64,000 bases of DNA from Candidatus Poribacteria bacterium (GCA_028824125.1 JAPPES010000136.1:7007-71006), one strand, 5' to 3'; positions 40,191 to 50,937 are shown, counted from the first letter of the stretch. The notes: generated from the sequence alone by a model not told the origin. Translations and numbers: made by a program.

Positions 40191-41141
40191 GTGAAACTCG
40201 TTACATTCAAAAAGTCATCGTTAGATGAACATTCCCGACTCGGCGCATGGTTTGATGAAGCTCAAATTGTCGATCTCAACTTAGACGACTTAGATATGAT
40301 CCAATTCTTTGAACAGAATTGCATTGCAGATGCGCAAAAACGTATTGACTCTGTTCAACAGCAACTCAGTGATGGGGTAGACTTGTCCGATGTTGTTTTC
40401 TCTGTGTCTGATGTTCAATTACTTGCTCCATTTCCGCGTCCGGCGAGTTTACGTGATTTCGGGGTATTCAAAACACATATGGATGCCGCCGCGCGTATCA
40501 CGGGAAAAGAAATATCGCCTGAATGGTTCAAACTACCTAACTACTATCGCGGCAGCACGAGTCCCGCCTCCATTGCTGGACACGAAGCTGTAGTGACCTG
40601 GCCTAACTACACGGAAAAACTTGATTTTGAACTGGAATGGGGCATTTACATCGGTAAAACAGGCAAAAACATATCAATAGAGGAAGCCCCTGAATACATT
40701 GCTGGATATACGATTTATAACGACATCAGCGCACGTGATATTCAATTCCGACACATGACATTGTCACTCGGTCCTGCAAAAGGTAAGGATTTTGACAATA
40801 GCAATATTATGGGACCGTGTCTGGTTACGCCTGATGAAATTGGCGATCCGTCCAATCTAAAAATGATTGCGAAAGTGAATGGCGAAGTTTGGGCAGAAGG
40901 GAACACCTCAGATATGTATTACTCCTTCGCAGAAATGATCTCGTTTGTTTCGCAGTCTGAGACTCTTTTTCCGGGTGAATTTTTAGGTTCAGGCACTGTC
41001 GGAAAGGGGTGCGGTTGGGAACTCGACCGATGGATTCAACCGGGGGATGTAATTGAACTTGAAGTAGAAAACATCGGTGTGTTGAGGAATCAAATCGGTG
41101 AACCAGTACAAAACCCTGCAGCATGGAAGGAAAAAGTATAA
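40191..41141 (+). CDS. Fumarylacetoacetate hydrolase family protein
   Basis: LRDF..F..H, LDFELE, GYTIYNDISARDIQ, AKGKDF and GSGTVG.GCG.E. Confidence 0.92.
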   Translation: MKLVTFKKSSLDEHSRLGAWFDEAQIVDLNLDDLDMIQFFEQNCIADAQKRIDSVQQQLSDGVDLSDVVFSVSDVQLLAPFPRPASLRDFGVFKTHMDAAARITGKEISPEWFKLPNYYRGSTSPASIAGHEAVVTWPNYTEKLDFELEWGIYIGKTGKNISIEEAPEYIAGYTIYNDISARDIQFRHMTLSLGPAKGKDFDNSNIMGPCLVTPDEIGDPSNLKMIAKVNGEVWAEGNTSDMYYSFAEMISFVSQSETLFPGEFLGSGTVGKGCGWELDRWIQPGDVIELEVENIGVLRNQIGEPVQNPAAWKEKV

Positions 41142-41143
41142 CT

Positions 41144-41893
41144 GTGCGGCTTAAAGATAAGGTTGCGATTATTACAGGTGCTGCTTCTGGGATTGGCAAA
41201 GCCACCGCAAAACTCTTTGCAGAACACGGCGCAAAGGTCGTTGTAGCCGACATTGATAAAGACGGTGGGAATCAAACTGTAGCCAATATTCACAATGCTG
41301 GCAATGAAGCAATTTATGTTCAGACCGATGTGACGATCAAAGCAGACACAGAACAGATGGTAGCCCAGACCGTAAAAACTTACGGCAAACTTGATATTCT
41401 TTTCAATAACGCTGGCATTGCAATGCGCCTACCTGTTGCTGAGCTGTCGGAAGATGACTGGCATCGTTGTTTAAATGTCAATCTTACCGGTGTTTTTCTT
41501 TGCGCGAAAGCCGCAATTCCAGCTATGCAGCAAAACGGCGGCGGAACAATTATCAATATGTCCTCCATTTTCGGTATTGTCGGTGCGGATGTGCGTGCCG
41601 CGTATGTTGCATCCAAAGGTGCTGTCACAAACTTGACACGCGGCATGGCACTTGATTACGCGCAAGATAATATCCGTGTCAACTGCATCTGTCCGGGCTT
41701 CGTAGAGACACCTTTAGTTGCCGGAGTTGTCAGAACACCGGAAGAATATCAGAAACTTGCGGATAAGCATCCACTGCGCAGGCTGGGTCAACCTGAAGAA
41801 ATTGCTTATGGAGCGTTATACCTTGCCTCCGATGAATCCGCGTTCGTTACGGGAATTGCCTTGCCGATTGATGGCGGCTATACGGCAGGATGA
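41144..41893 (+). CDS. Short-chain dehydrogenase/reductase
   Basis: TGAASGIG, NNAGI, YVASK and IDGG; GTG start. Confidence 0.93.
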   Translation: MRLKDKVAIITGAASGIGKATAKLFAEHGAKVVVADIDKDGGNQTVANIHNAGNEAIYVQTDVTIKADTEQMVAQTVKTYGKLDILFNNAGIAMRLPVAELSEDDWHRCLNVNLTGVFLCAKAAIPAMQQNGGGTIINMSSIFGIVGADVRAAYVASKGAVTNLTRGMALDYAQDNIRVNCICPGFVETPLVAGVVRTPEEYQKLADKHPLRRLGQPEEIAYGALYLASDESAFVTGIALPIDGGYTAG

Positions 41894-41927
41894 TGTCAGA
41901 TACCTTAGCCTTTTATTAGGTGAATTT

Positions 41928-44588
41928 ATGCGTAAATTATCTTTAGTGGTTTTTCTTATATTGCTCATAAACAGTGCATATCTATTTAGTTTCGGTGAAC
42001 CGACACTCTTCTATATTTCCAATGTCTTGTTCCACTTAGCACTTGGAACTATATTAATAATCCCGTTTGGTGTCTACCTTTATCATAAATTCAAAAACAT
42101 CTCACCTGTAGGACGTATTGGTATTTTTGGGTTGATAGTCGGAATCGCTACTGGTGGTTATCTGATGGTGGTCGGTGCTACCACTCCTTATCGTTGGCTG
42201 CTCATTACACACATCATCAGCATAAGCATAGGGAGTCTTCTCTTTTGTATTCACCTATTGCAGCACAGCACCAGTCTTTCGTCAAGTCTCAAAAAAGTAA
42301 TAGTTGGAACATTAATTGCTGTCCTATTTTTCCCAATTGGTGCTAAACTTTCTCAACACTATTTCCCAAATGAGAATTATCTTGTCAAAAACCCCGCGCT
42401 GCCACCTACAAGTATGTACGAAGAAGGCGGCGGAACAACGGGTCATTTTTTTCCTGCATCCGTTGAAACAGAGACAGGTAACCTAATTCCGACAGACTTC
42501 TTTCTTACATCGGAGACCTGTGCTGCGAAGGGATGTCATCCCGATATTTTCAAACAGTGGAACGAATCTGCTCATCATTTCTCTTCTTTCAATAACCAGT
42601 GGTATCGTAAGTCAATCGTTTATATGCAGGAGGTAAATGGGATTGAAGCTTCTAAATGGTGCGGCGGATGCCATGATCCTGCGATTTTACTCAACGGTAT
42701 TATGGATAGACCGATTCAGGAAAATCTACACACCCCTGCAGCACAGGCAGGGTTAGCATGCACTGCGTGCCACTCTATTGAAAGGGTGAAAGATACGATG
42801 GGGAACAGCGGATATGTGATTAAATATCCGCCTCTGCATGATATAGCATCAAGCGATAATCGTTTCGTCCGAAGTTTACATAACTATCTGATACGTTTAG
42901 ACCCAGAACCGCATAAAAAGAGTTTTCTTAAACCTTTTCACCGCGATAATACAGCTGAATTCTGTTCAACATGCCATAAAGTACATCTGGATTTTCCTGT
43001 CAATAATTTTAAATGGGTACGCGGTTTCAACGACTATGACCAATGGCAAAAAAGCGGTATTTCCCAACAAGGCGCGCTTTCTTTTTACTACCCTGAAAAG
43101 GCTAAGAAATGTGCAGATTGCCACATGCCGCTCGTGGACTCTAAGGATGCGGGCAATATCAACGGTAAGGTTCATAGTCATCGTTTTCCTGCTGCAAACA
43201 CTGCGCTCCCCTTTGTAAATCAACACGAAGAGCAACTCCAAGCTGTAATAGACTTTTTGCAGAATGATGTGGTAACATTGGATTTGTTTGCCAACGGCAT
43301 GCCGATTCCAAAAAGTGGCATTGAAGTAACACAAGGCGAAGCCCCTCTCATTGAGGTTGTCGTCCGCACGCGAGGTGTCGGTCATCAATTCCCTGCTGGC
43401 ACTATTGATGCGTTTGACATCTGGCTTGAGGTGAAAGCCACAGATGAAAACGGAAAAATCGTGTTCTGGAACGGCAGGATTGAAGAACCTGACGGAAATG
43501 GACCTGTTGATCCGAGTGCACATTTTTATCGCGCTTATATGTTGGACGCGCATGGAAACCTGATCAATAAACGGAATGCGTGGGCGATGCGGACAGTATT
43601 ATACTCACGTACTATTCCGCCGGGGGCTGCAGATACCGTTCGATATCGTCTTGAAATTCCAGACGATTGTGGAGACATTCTTTCCTTGGAAGCGAAACTC
43701 AATTACAGAAAATTTAATTGGTGGCATACGCAATGGGCTTATGCAGGTGTCCGCGATCCTAAAGATACAAATTTTCAGGTGGATAAAGGTTACGACGATG
43801 GAAAGTGGGTTTGGACAGGTGATACATCAGATGTCGCGGGAAAAATCAAGGCGATTCCGAACCTTCCAATTACCGTGATAGCAGAGGCAAAAGCAACGCT
43901 CCATGTGAAACTGGTATCGCAGCACACACCTAAACGAAAAACAGAAATAGCAAATGCACGTGAACGTTGGAACGACTACGGCATTGGGCTTCTCCTGCAA
44001 GGTGATCTGAGAGCCGCACAAAACGCTTTTAGGAAGGTAACCGAAATTGAACCCGCCTACATGGACGGATGGGTGAATATCGCACGATGTCGTATCAAAG
44101 AGGGAGATATGCGGGGTGCTGAAGATATGCTTAATAAAGCGTTTGAGATTCAGAAAACATTGCCTACTGAAAACTTACATCGTGCAAAGGTTCATTACTT
44201 TTACGCTCTGGTTCAAGAATCTTATGGGAACTATGACGCAGCGATTCAGCATCTTCAACAAGCTGCCTTGCAATTTCCGCGCGATACCCGTGTTCGCAAC
44301 GAATTGGGACGGATGCACTTCCTAAAACGCGAATATGAAACGGCTTTAGCGCAGTTCCAAAAAACGCTTGCGGTTGATCCTGAAGATTTGGATGCGCATT
44401 ACAATATGATGCGATGTTATCGCGCACTTAAAAATCGTCCTATGTCTGAGAAATTCGAAAAACTGTATTTACGGTTTAAGGCAGATGAGTCTGTTGATGC
44501 GATTACAGGCATTGCGCGCCGCGCTGACCCGCATGCGAATCGGGAACGTCAGCAAATTCATGAACATGTAAATAGTTATGGACAGTGA
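41928..44588 (+). CDS. Membrane-anchored multiheme c-type cytochrome (c554-like) with C-terminal TPRs
   Basis: About five N-terminal TMs; CAAKGCH, CGGCH, CTACH, CSTCH and CADCH heme motifs; C-terminal TPRs; aggtga SD before ATG 41928. Confidence 0.85.
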   Translation: MRKLSLVVFLILLINSAYLFSFGEPTLFYISNVLFHLALGTILIIPFGVYLYHKFKNISPVGRIGIFGLIVGIATGGYLMVVGATTPYRWLLITHIISISIGSLLFCIHLLQHSTSLSSSLKKVIVGTLIAVLFFPIGAKLSQHYFPNENYLVKNPALPPTSMYEEGGGTTGHFFPASVETETGNLIPTDFFLTSETCAAKGCHPDIFKQWNESAHHFSSFNNQWYRKSIVYMQEVNGIEASKWCGGCHDPAILLNGIMDRPIQENLHTPAAQAGLACTACHSIERVKDTMGNSGYVIKYPPLHDIASSDNRFVRSLHNYLIRLDPEPHKKSFLKPFHRDNTAEFCSTCHKVHLDFPVNNFKWVRGFNDYDQWQKSGISQQGALSFYYPEKAKKCADCHMPLVDSKDAGNINGKVHSHRFPAANTALPFVNQHEEQLQAVIDFLQNDVVTLDLFANGMPIPKSGIEVTQGEAPLIEVVVRTRGVGHQFPAGTIDAFDIWLEVKATDENGKIVFWNGRIEEPDGNGPVDPSAHFYRAYMLDAHGNLINKRNAWAMRTVLYSRTIPPGAADTVRYRLEIPDDCGDILSLEAKLNYRKFNWWHTQWAYAGVRDPKDTNFQVDKGYDDGKWVWTGDTSDVAGKIKAIPNLPITVIAEAKATLHVKLVSQHTPKRKTEIANARERWNDYGIGLLLQGDLRAAQNAFRKVTEIEPAYMDGWVNIARCRIKEGDMRGAEDMLNKAFEIQKTLPTENLHRAKVHYFYALVQESYGNYDAAIQHLQQAALQFPRDTRVRNELGRMHFLKREYETALAQFQKTLAVDPEDLDAHYNMMRCYRALKNRPMSEKFEKLYLRFKADESVDAITGIARRADPHANRERQQIHEHVNSYGQ

Positions 44589-44679
44589 TTATACCAAATT
44601 AACGCGATTGAAATTCAGTGCGTTTAGCAAACCGCACCATAGGCGTCAATTTAAGGATTTTGATTTGTATTATGCGGTA

Positions 44680-44842
44680 TCTTTAGTCCCGTAGGGACGC
44701 AATGTTTATAGAAAAATGCTGTCCCTCCCCTCTTGAGTTCCGTAGGAACGGCATAAAAAGATAAACATATCGTCCCTACGGGACTAAGAGATGAGGTTGT
44801 CCGCGCTGCTATAAACATATCGTCCCTACGGGACTGAAGAAT
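44680..44842. repeat. REP-like gtccc-tac-gggac palindrome cluster
   Basis: Copies of aacatatcgtccctacgggact in both orientations; also at about 25680-25750, 51001-51129 and 58685-58762. Confidence 0.85.
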
Positions 44843-45000
44843 GAAAAATTACCGAATTAATAACTTAATCTTCATTTAGGTTGTGTTCCGTTTCTGCACA
44901 ACCTAACAGGTTGTGCTACAGTGTCTGCGGTAGTTTCGGTTTTCTGACCGAACCGATCCCGATGTCCAATTAATTTTAAAGTTTACTATATAGAAATTGG

Positions 45001-45030
45001 TTGACACTTTATTCCTGAAGATGTTATAAT
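45001..45030 (+). promoter_or_regulatory. sigma70 promoter of the TonB-dependent receptor
   Basis: TTGACA-18 nt-TATAAT with a TG extension. Confidence 0.75.
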
Positions 45031-45069
45031 TCACATGACCCTTACAAATCAGAAGAGTGAGGCTGCATA

Positions 45070-47124
45070 ATGTCCAACACCAAATTGTACGTCATTAGGT
45101 TTCTCCTTTTCCACATTCTTTTTTTGTCTTTCGCTCATTTTCTTACGGTTCAAGCCCAAGAAAACCAAAAACCGATAGAACTTGAGAAAATTGTTGTAAC
45201 GCCTGGCCGATTTATGATTTATGATGGCGCGACCCCGCAGCTTTCACTTTCCAAGAAAGAGATAGAAAGGTTTCCATTAATCGACAATGATATAATGCGT
45301 TCAGGACATATTTTACCGGGTGTTACTGCAAATGATTATAGCGCACGTTTCAGCGTCCGAGGGGGCGAAAAGGATGGCGTCTCAGTGAGATTGGACGGAA
45401 TGGAACTCTACAATCCGTATCATCTGCAGGATTTTGGCGGGGCTGTATCGTTGGTCGGGCTGGGTTTAATCCAACGGGCTGATCTGCTGATGGGCGGATT
45501 CCCCGCAGAATATGGACAAAAAATGTCGGGTGTGTTTGACATGACAACCAAGCCACCGAATACAGAAAAGGTCTCAGCAAATTTCGGGATAGACCTTATC
45601 AATGCAACCGCTATGGTGGAGGGACCTCTAACTGAAAAAGGCGGATGGATGCTGTCAGCACGCCGCGGTTACGTTGACTTAATCCTTGCACTCATAGATC
45701 TTGACGAGGAATATAAACCACAATATGCCGATGTCTACGGAAAACTGATGTATCAGATAACAGAAGCAGATACACTCACGCTTAACGGGTTGTACGGTTG
45801 GGATAAAAATCTGATACGTGTAGACGATATAGATAACAACTTGGATTCCCTATACGACAATTCAACTGTTTGGCTAAAATGGCGACATACGTTTGGCACT
45901 TCGTATTGGACAGATGTTTTTGTTTTTGGTGGCGCATCAAGCCAAGAAAGAACAACTGGAAAAAGCCAAGAGAGAACAATTGGAAAATCGGATTTTGACA
46001 ATCGCGATTTTCGATTTTTAGGCACAAAAGCAGAACTCACAGTAAACGCATTTGAAAAACACACGTTTCGTACGGGTGTTGAGTGGCGTTGGTCGACTGC
46101 CCAATACGATTACGACGTTCAAGAACGGCAGGCAGGCATAAACGAATATAAGCTGATTCGCGCAAATATTGACGACAGCGGAAGTGACATCAAATTATTT
46201 CTACAAGATGAGTGGCAGATTCATCCAAAATTTGCTCTTAATGTAGGTGGGCGCTATGTCGTTCAGAACTATCGGAATTCAGATGTTCAAAACTATGAAA
46301 TTGGGCCTCGTGTGGCGTTCGCGGTAAGTCCGAAGAAAAATTTAGTATTCCGAGGTGCCTGGGGTGTCTATCATCAACCTGTCGATTTGATGTCAGTGCC
46401 TGTTGAAGATAATATAAAGACCGTCGGACGCGCCGAACAAGCAATGCATTATATCCTCGGCTGTGAATATACGCGTGGCAACAATTTTTTGATTCGCCTT
46501 GAAGGATACTACAAAAAATTTGATAATTTGGTAGGGAGACTGAGAGAATTTGGACGGCAAATGCAGATTTTTACACCCCCAGAATCCGCTGATGCAAGGG
46601 GATTTGATCTATTCGCGACACAAGCTGTTTCATCACGTTTGACATGGGGACTTGGTTACGCTTACGGCATCGCAAAAGAAACATCGGATAACAGGACAAT
46701 CTTTCGGCAATATGATAGACGGCATTCACTTTTTCTAAGTAGTAGTCATCAGATTTCGTCAACATGGCATCTCTATCTCAGCTGGCGTTTTCATACGGGC
46801 GATCCGAGAACACCTTTGACTCATGAAAAGGTTCAATTAACAGAAGGTAGTATTGCTTGTAATCGGCAATTTGGCGAAACACATTCGGAGCGATTGCCAG
46901 CTTACCATAGTCTCGATTTTCGGATTACAAAGCGTAGCCCATATAAACGATGGGCACTTACATGGTATTTTCAAATTTTAAACTTATATAACCACACCAA
47001 TTTAGATCAGTATGCGTTCAGTGAAGTACGTGATGAAGTAACAGGTGCTATTACCGACTGCGTAATTGAGGAAGAACCGCAGTTACCAATTATTCCTACG
47101 TTAGGCATGACGATTACATTTTAA
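45070..47124 (+). CDS. TonB-dependent receptor
   Basis: Signal peptide, TonB-box-like EKIVVT, plug motifs SVRGG...LDG.ELYNPYH and GGFPAEYG..MSGV, RLPAYH.LD, C-terminal Phe. Confidence 0.92.
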   Translation: MSNTKLYVIRFLLFHILFLSFAHFLTVQAQENQKPIELEKIVVTPGRFMIYDGATPQLSLSKKEIERFPLIDNDIMRSGHILPGVTANDYSARFSVRGGEKDGVSVRLDGMELYNPYHLQDFGGAVSLVGLGLIQRADLLMGGFPAEYGQKMSGVFDMTTKPPNTEKVSANFGIDLINATAMVEGPLTEKGGWMLSARRGYVDLILALIDLDEEYKPQYADVYGKLMYQITEADTLTLNGLYGWDKNLIRVDDIDNNLDSLYDNSTVWLKWRHTFGTSYWTDVFVFGGASSQERTTGKSQERTIGKSDFDNRDFRFLGTKAELTVNAFEKHTFRTGVEWRWSTAQYDYDVQERQAGINEYKLIRANIDDSGSDIKLFLQDEWQIHPKFALNVGGRYVVQNYRNSDVQNYEIGPRVAFAVSPKKNLVFRGAWGVYHQPVDLMSVPVEDNIKTVGRAEQAMHYILGCEYTRGNNFLIRLEGYYKKFDNLVGRLREFGRQMQIFTPPESADARGFDLFATQAVSSRLTWGLGYAYGIAKETSDNRTIFRQYDRRHSLFLSSSHQISSTWHLYLSWRFHTGDPRTPLTHEKVQLTEGSIACNRQFGETHSERLPAYHSLDFRITKRSPYKRWALTWYFQILNLYNHTNLDQYAFSEVRDEVTGAITDCVIEEEPQLPIIPTLGMTITF

Positions 47125-47149
47125 TCGCGTGTTTTACTTTAGGTGAAGC

Positions 47150-47596
47150 GTGAAAATGTTTAAACGTATCAGAAACTTATTATACCAAATCTGGGATTCC
47201 GCCAGAACCTCACGCGACAACTTTCTACCACGGGTAGCCCCCAGCGTAGAAGAGGCGATCTTACCTTATGACCCCGAAGAAAACGCTATCTTGCCAAGTG
47301 AACTTAAACAGATGATGAATGCTGGCAGAGATTTCGTTTTGCTTGACGTGAGGGAGGTATGGGAGTACCAACTTGTTCATATTGAGGGGGCAGTGTCTAT
47401 CCCGCTTGGCGAACTGCCAAGACGATCTCGCGAACTTTTACCGGTAGATGAAATTGTTGTTTACTGTCATCATGGAATGCGGAGTCTTGATGCCGCATAT
47501 CTGCTACAACAACTCGGATTCAAATCGGTCCTCAGCGTTGCTGGCGGGATTGATAGGTGGGCAAAAGAGATTGAACCGGACATGCAGCGTTATTAG
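47150..47596 (+). CDS. Rhodanese-domain sulfurtransferase
   Basis: LLDVRE.WE, YCHHGMRS and GGIDRWA..I.P...RY (MoeZ-type rhodanese). Confidence 0.9.
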   Translation: MKMFKRIRNLLYQIWDSARTSRDNFLPRVAPSVEEAILPYDPEENAILPSELKQMMNAGRDFVLLDVREVWEYQLVHIEGAVSIPLGELPRRSRELLPVDEIVVYCHHGMRSLDAAYLLQQLGFKSVLSVAGGIDRWAKEIEPDMQRY

Positions 47597-47635
47597 ATCG
47601 TAGTTACTCATCTGATTTGAAGGGAGATTTTCACT

Positions 47636-48352
47636 GTGTCATTGAAAATCGGCATCACTTGCAAAAAAAATGTTCGCATGGAAAACTATACCGATGCAAT
47701 TGTAAATTTTGGAGGAGATCCGATCATATTTGCATCGCTGGAAAAATCGATTCCTGAACATTTGGCATCTATACCTAAATATGTTGAGAAAATTGACGGG
47801 CTTCTACTGCCAGGCGGTGGCGATATTGATTCGACCCATTTTTTTCAGGAACGACATCCTGAAGTTAATAATGTGAGCAGATCTCGTGACGCTTTAGAAC
47901 TACGGTTGTGTCAAAAGGCTTTGAAAGCCAATATTCCTGTTTTCGGAATTTGTCGTGGTGTCCAGGTGATGAGTGTTGCAATGGGGGGAAGTCTCTATCA
48001 AGATATAGAAGCAGTATATTCAAGAGAGGCACTTGATCATAAAGTAGATGAATATGGAGAGGATTCTCAACATCAAATTGAGATTAAACCCTATAGCCGA
48101 TTAAGCGAAATTGTAAATGAGCATCAAACCTTAGTGAACTCAGCCCATCATCAAGCAGTAGACGCGATTGGCGAAGAGTTTGTTGTGACAGCGCGTTCAG
48201 AGGATGGCATCATTGAGGCAATAGAAAACCCTTCAAAGCGGTTTGTGATAGGTGTGCAATATCATCCTGAACGGATGCTTAAAAAGCCAGAACTTCGTCA
48301 ACATGCAGAAAAGTTATTTGAGGCGTTTATTCATGCCGCTAAACAACGATAG
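47636..48352 (+). CDS. Gamma-glutamyl-gamma-aminobutyrate hydrolase family (peptidase C26)
   Basis: LLLPGGGD, GICRG.Q, VNSAHHQAV and GVQYHPE. Confidence 0.92.
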   Translation: MSLKIGITCKKNVRMENYTDAIVNFGGDPIIFASLEKSIPEHLASIPKYVEKIDGLLLPGGGDIDSTHFFQERHPEVNNVSRSRDALELRLCQKALKANIPVFGICRGVQVMSVAMGGSLYQDIEAVYSREALDHKVDEYGEDSQHQIEIKPYSRLSEIVNEHQTLVNSAHHQAVDAIGEEFVVTARSEDGIIEAIENPSKRFVIGVQYHPERMLKKPELRQHAEKLFEAFIHAAKQR

Positions 48353-48371
48353 CCCGAAAACGGGTCTATTA

Positions 48372-49301
48372 CTAAAAAGTAGCGATCAAAGAAAATCGGT
48401 GTGTTAGCCCCAAATCACCGAACGGTATCAAGGCATAATCAATTTGGAATCTTCGGAGCGTCAGTCCAAAACCGCCTCTAAGCCCTGAAGTTGCCCCTAA
48501 GTCGTTGCCACCGAATTTGTAATTATAACCTGTCCGTAGTTGCAATACGTTTCCTATTGTGTAAGCCCCTCCTATCCCGATAGAATTATCGTTGTCGGTG
48601 GGACGAATGAAATCCATTGTCATAACAACAGCATCGTTCCATAATCGATACGCTGTTCCTAATCTGAACGTGAAAGGGAGTTCAAACGCATCCTCAACGT
48701 ACTGCACTCGTGGTCCGATATGTTGTGCGTTAAAACCGAGTGAAAGAGGAACGTTAGCAAAAGCATATAACCCGCCAAGATCAAATGCTATCCCGCTACC
48801 ACTATCATCGGCAATCTGTTCCCGTAGGAGTTTGGCATTTGCACCAAAAGCCAACGTTTTCCCGATACTCCGCGCATAAGAGAGAACTATTGCTAAATCG
48901 TAAGGTCGGAAAAGGGTTGTTTCATTTCCCTCTTGATCGCGTCCTTGCAATTCACCAAAGGATAAGAAATTAGCACTTGCCCCAACAGTATTTTTTCCAA
49001 TCGGAAGCGCAAATCCTACAAACTCATGATTGATTCCCGCAAACCATTCGTTATGCATCAGCGCAAGTTGCGGTTTTTGTAGCCTTGTGAGACCTGCTGG
49101 ATTCCAAAACGATGCATAGAGGTCATCTGTTGCAGCGACTTGAGACTCTCCCATTCCCATTGCTTTCGCACCAACACCTATCTTGAGAAATGTCATCGCG
49201 CGAGTGCCTGCGTTCTCGTGGATGTCTGTGCTATCGGCTGCAACAGGTATACACATGAGGATTGAAATAATGATAAGAATATAAGTAAAGACGTAATTCA
49301 T
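48372..49301 (-). CDS. PorV/PorQ-like outer-membrane beta-barrel
   Basis: FLKIGVGAKAMGMG, FWNPAGL, and C-terminal DYA..PFGDLG.THRFSL...F. Confidence 0.85.
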   Translation of the reverse strand: MNYVFTYILIIISILMCIPVAADSTDIHENAGTRAMTFLKIGVGAKAMGMGESQVAATDDLYASFWNPAGLTRLQKPQLALMHNEWFAGINHEFVGFALPIGKNTVGASANFLSFGELQGRDQEGNETTLFRPYDLAIVLSYARSIGKTLAFGANAKLLREQIADDSGSGIAFDLGGLYAFANVPLSLGFNAQHIGPRVQYVEDAFELPFTFRLGTAYRLWNDAVVMTMDFIRPTDNDNSIGIGGAYTIGNVLQLRTGYNYKFGGNDLGATSGLRGGFGLTLRRFQIDYALIPFGDLGLTHRFSLIATF

Positions 49302-49409
49302 AAAGTGTTTTTAACTATCAACAAGGTTTACCAAGTTTCTGAATTTGTTCCTAAATAGTATGTGGATATTATAACCTAAGGTTGGATTATATTATCTGCA
49401 TTAAACATC

Positions 49410-50315
49410 CTACCAATTCTTTAGTGTTTCGCTAATTTCACGTTCTAAATATGTATTCAATGCATTTCTTGACAGAACTAATGCCTGTTCGAGATCTTGT
49501 CTTCCTTCTTTGACACGTCCTATCATTTTCTTTGTTATTCCGCGATCATAATATGCTTGAGCATTATCTTTTTGAAGACGAGTTACTACATCAAAGTCAG
49601 CGATAGCATTATCATAATGCCTTATTTCTCTATACGCAGTCGCGCGGTTATAGTATGCTTGAGCATAACCCGGTGAAATGCTTATAGCTTTACTAAAATC
49701 TAATATAGCATCTTCAGGGTGACCTAAGTTGCCTTTCGCACATCCTCTGCTGTAGTAGGCGAGAACGTGATCAGATTTCAGGCGAATTACCTTATTGAAA
49801 TCCGAGATGGAGTTAAAATATTGTCCAAGATCTCGTTTTAGAATTCCTCTTTGATAATATGCTTCAACATAATTTTTGTTTATTTTTATAGCCATATCAC
49901 AGTCTTTAATAGCCTCTTCCAATTTGTTGAGTCTACGTTTTGAAATACTGCGCCTATAATACGCAAGGACAAAGGCAGAATCTAATTGTATCGCTATGTT
50001 AAAATCTAATATAGCATCTTCAGGGTGACCTAAGTTATCTTTTGCAAGACCTCTGTTATAATATGGAAGGGCATTCCTTTCATTTAACTCAATACATTCG
50101 TCATAATCTGCTATAGCATCAAAATATCGTCCTAAAGCATTTTTCGCCAATCCTCGGTTATTATATGCGTCTGAATAATTAGGATTTATTTGAATTGCCT
50201 TATCAAACTCAAATATTGCCTCTTGATAACTTCCTTGATAATATAAAGTGTTACCTGTTTGATAGTGTCCTGTTGCAGTTTGTGTTTCTTCTATGGGTAA
50301 GTTGGCGTTTTCCAT
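49410..50315 (-). CDS. Tetratricopeptide repeat protein
   Basis: About eight 34-aa AY.NRG..K..LG....AI.DF repeats; exact 37-bp duplication at 49694-49730 and 50000-50036. Confidence 0.93.
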   Translation of the reverse strand: MENANLPIEETQTATGHYQTGNTLYYQGSYQEAIFEFDKAIQINPNYSDAYNNRGLAKNALGRYFDAIADYDECIELNERNALPYYNRGLAKDNLGHPEDAILDFNIAIQLDSAFVLAYYRRSISKRRLNKLEEAIKDCDMAIKINKNYVEAYYQRGILKRDLGQYFNSISDFNKVIRLKSDHVLAYYSRGCAKGNLGHPEDAILDFSKAISISPGYAQAYYNRATAYREIRHYDNAIADFDVVTRLQKDNAQAYYDRGITKKMIGRVKEGRQDLEQALVLSRNALNTYLEREISETLKNW

Positions 50316-50794
50316 TAGGCTGCTTCTCCCATATTTTCTTTTAAATCAGTCTGTGTATCATCTGTATACTTTTCAGAGCTACCATGATCTTTTGCCGATT
50401 CAGAAACATCTTGTTTTGGAATATTAGACTTTTTTAAAAAGAAATGTTGAATCAAATACCACCCTATATTTAGGATTATAACTCCGATTACTCCTCTCCA
50501 AATCCAAGATAAGGTTCCTTGTAACTCTTTTATATCGTCATTCATTAACTCTATTTGTTTGCCATTTACTGCGACCTCTTTCCCAAGGGCAGTTATAGTC
50601 TTATTTTGTTCAGTAAATTTCTTATTTTGTTCAGTAAATTTTTTATCAATATAATCCCTGAGCCTATTTTCCAATTCGTGCATTTTTTCAATGATAATTA
50701 TTGTTTGTGATTCAGGAATCTTTTCTTGTCCGTACGCAATAGGGGTAAGGCAAAGCACAAAGATCACCATGAAAGTATCCCATTTGTTACGCAT
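50315..50794 (-). CDS. Hypothetical protein (signal peptide, coiled coil, TM)
   Basis: N-terminal signal, KKFTEQN tandem repeat and one TM; translationally coupled to the TPR gene. Confidence 0.75.
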   Translation of the reverse strand: MRNKWDTFMVIFVLCLTPIAYGQEKIPESQTIIIIEKMHELENRLRDYIDKKFTEQNKKFTEQNKTITALGKEVAVNGKQIELMNDDIKELQGTLSWIWRGVIGVIILNIGWYLIQHFFLKKSNIPKQDVSESAKDHGSSEKYTDDTQTDLKENMGEAA

Positions 50795-50937
50795 TTAGAT
50801 TCACCTTTTATCACACAATACTATTTTCATTATCAAACTCACGTTATTATATCATATAGGTTTGTTGAAGTCAACTTCCATTTTATTCAAGTTACAAACG
50901 TTTTGACTTCGTATCTCTCTAATGATATACTAATTAT

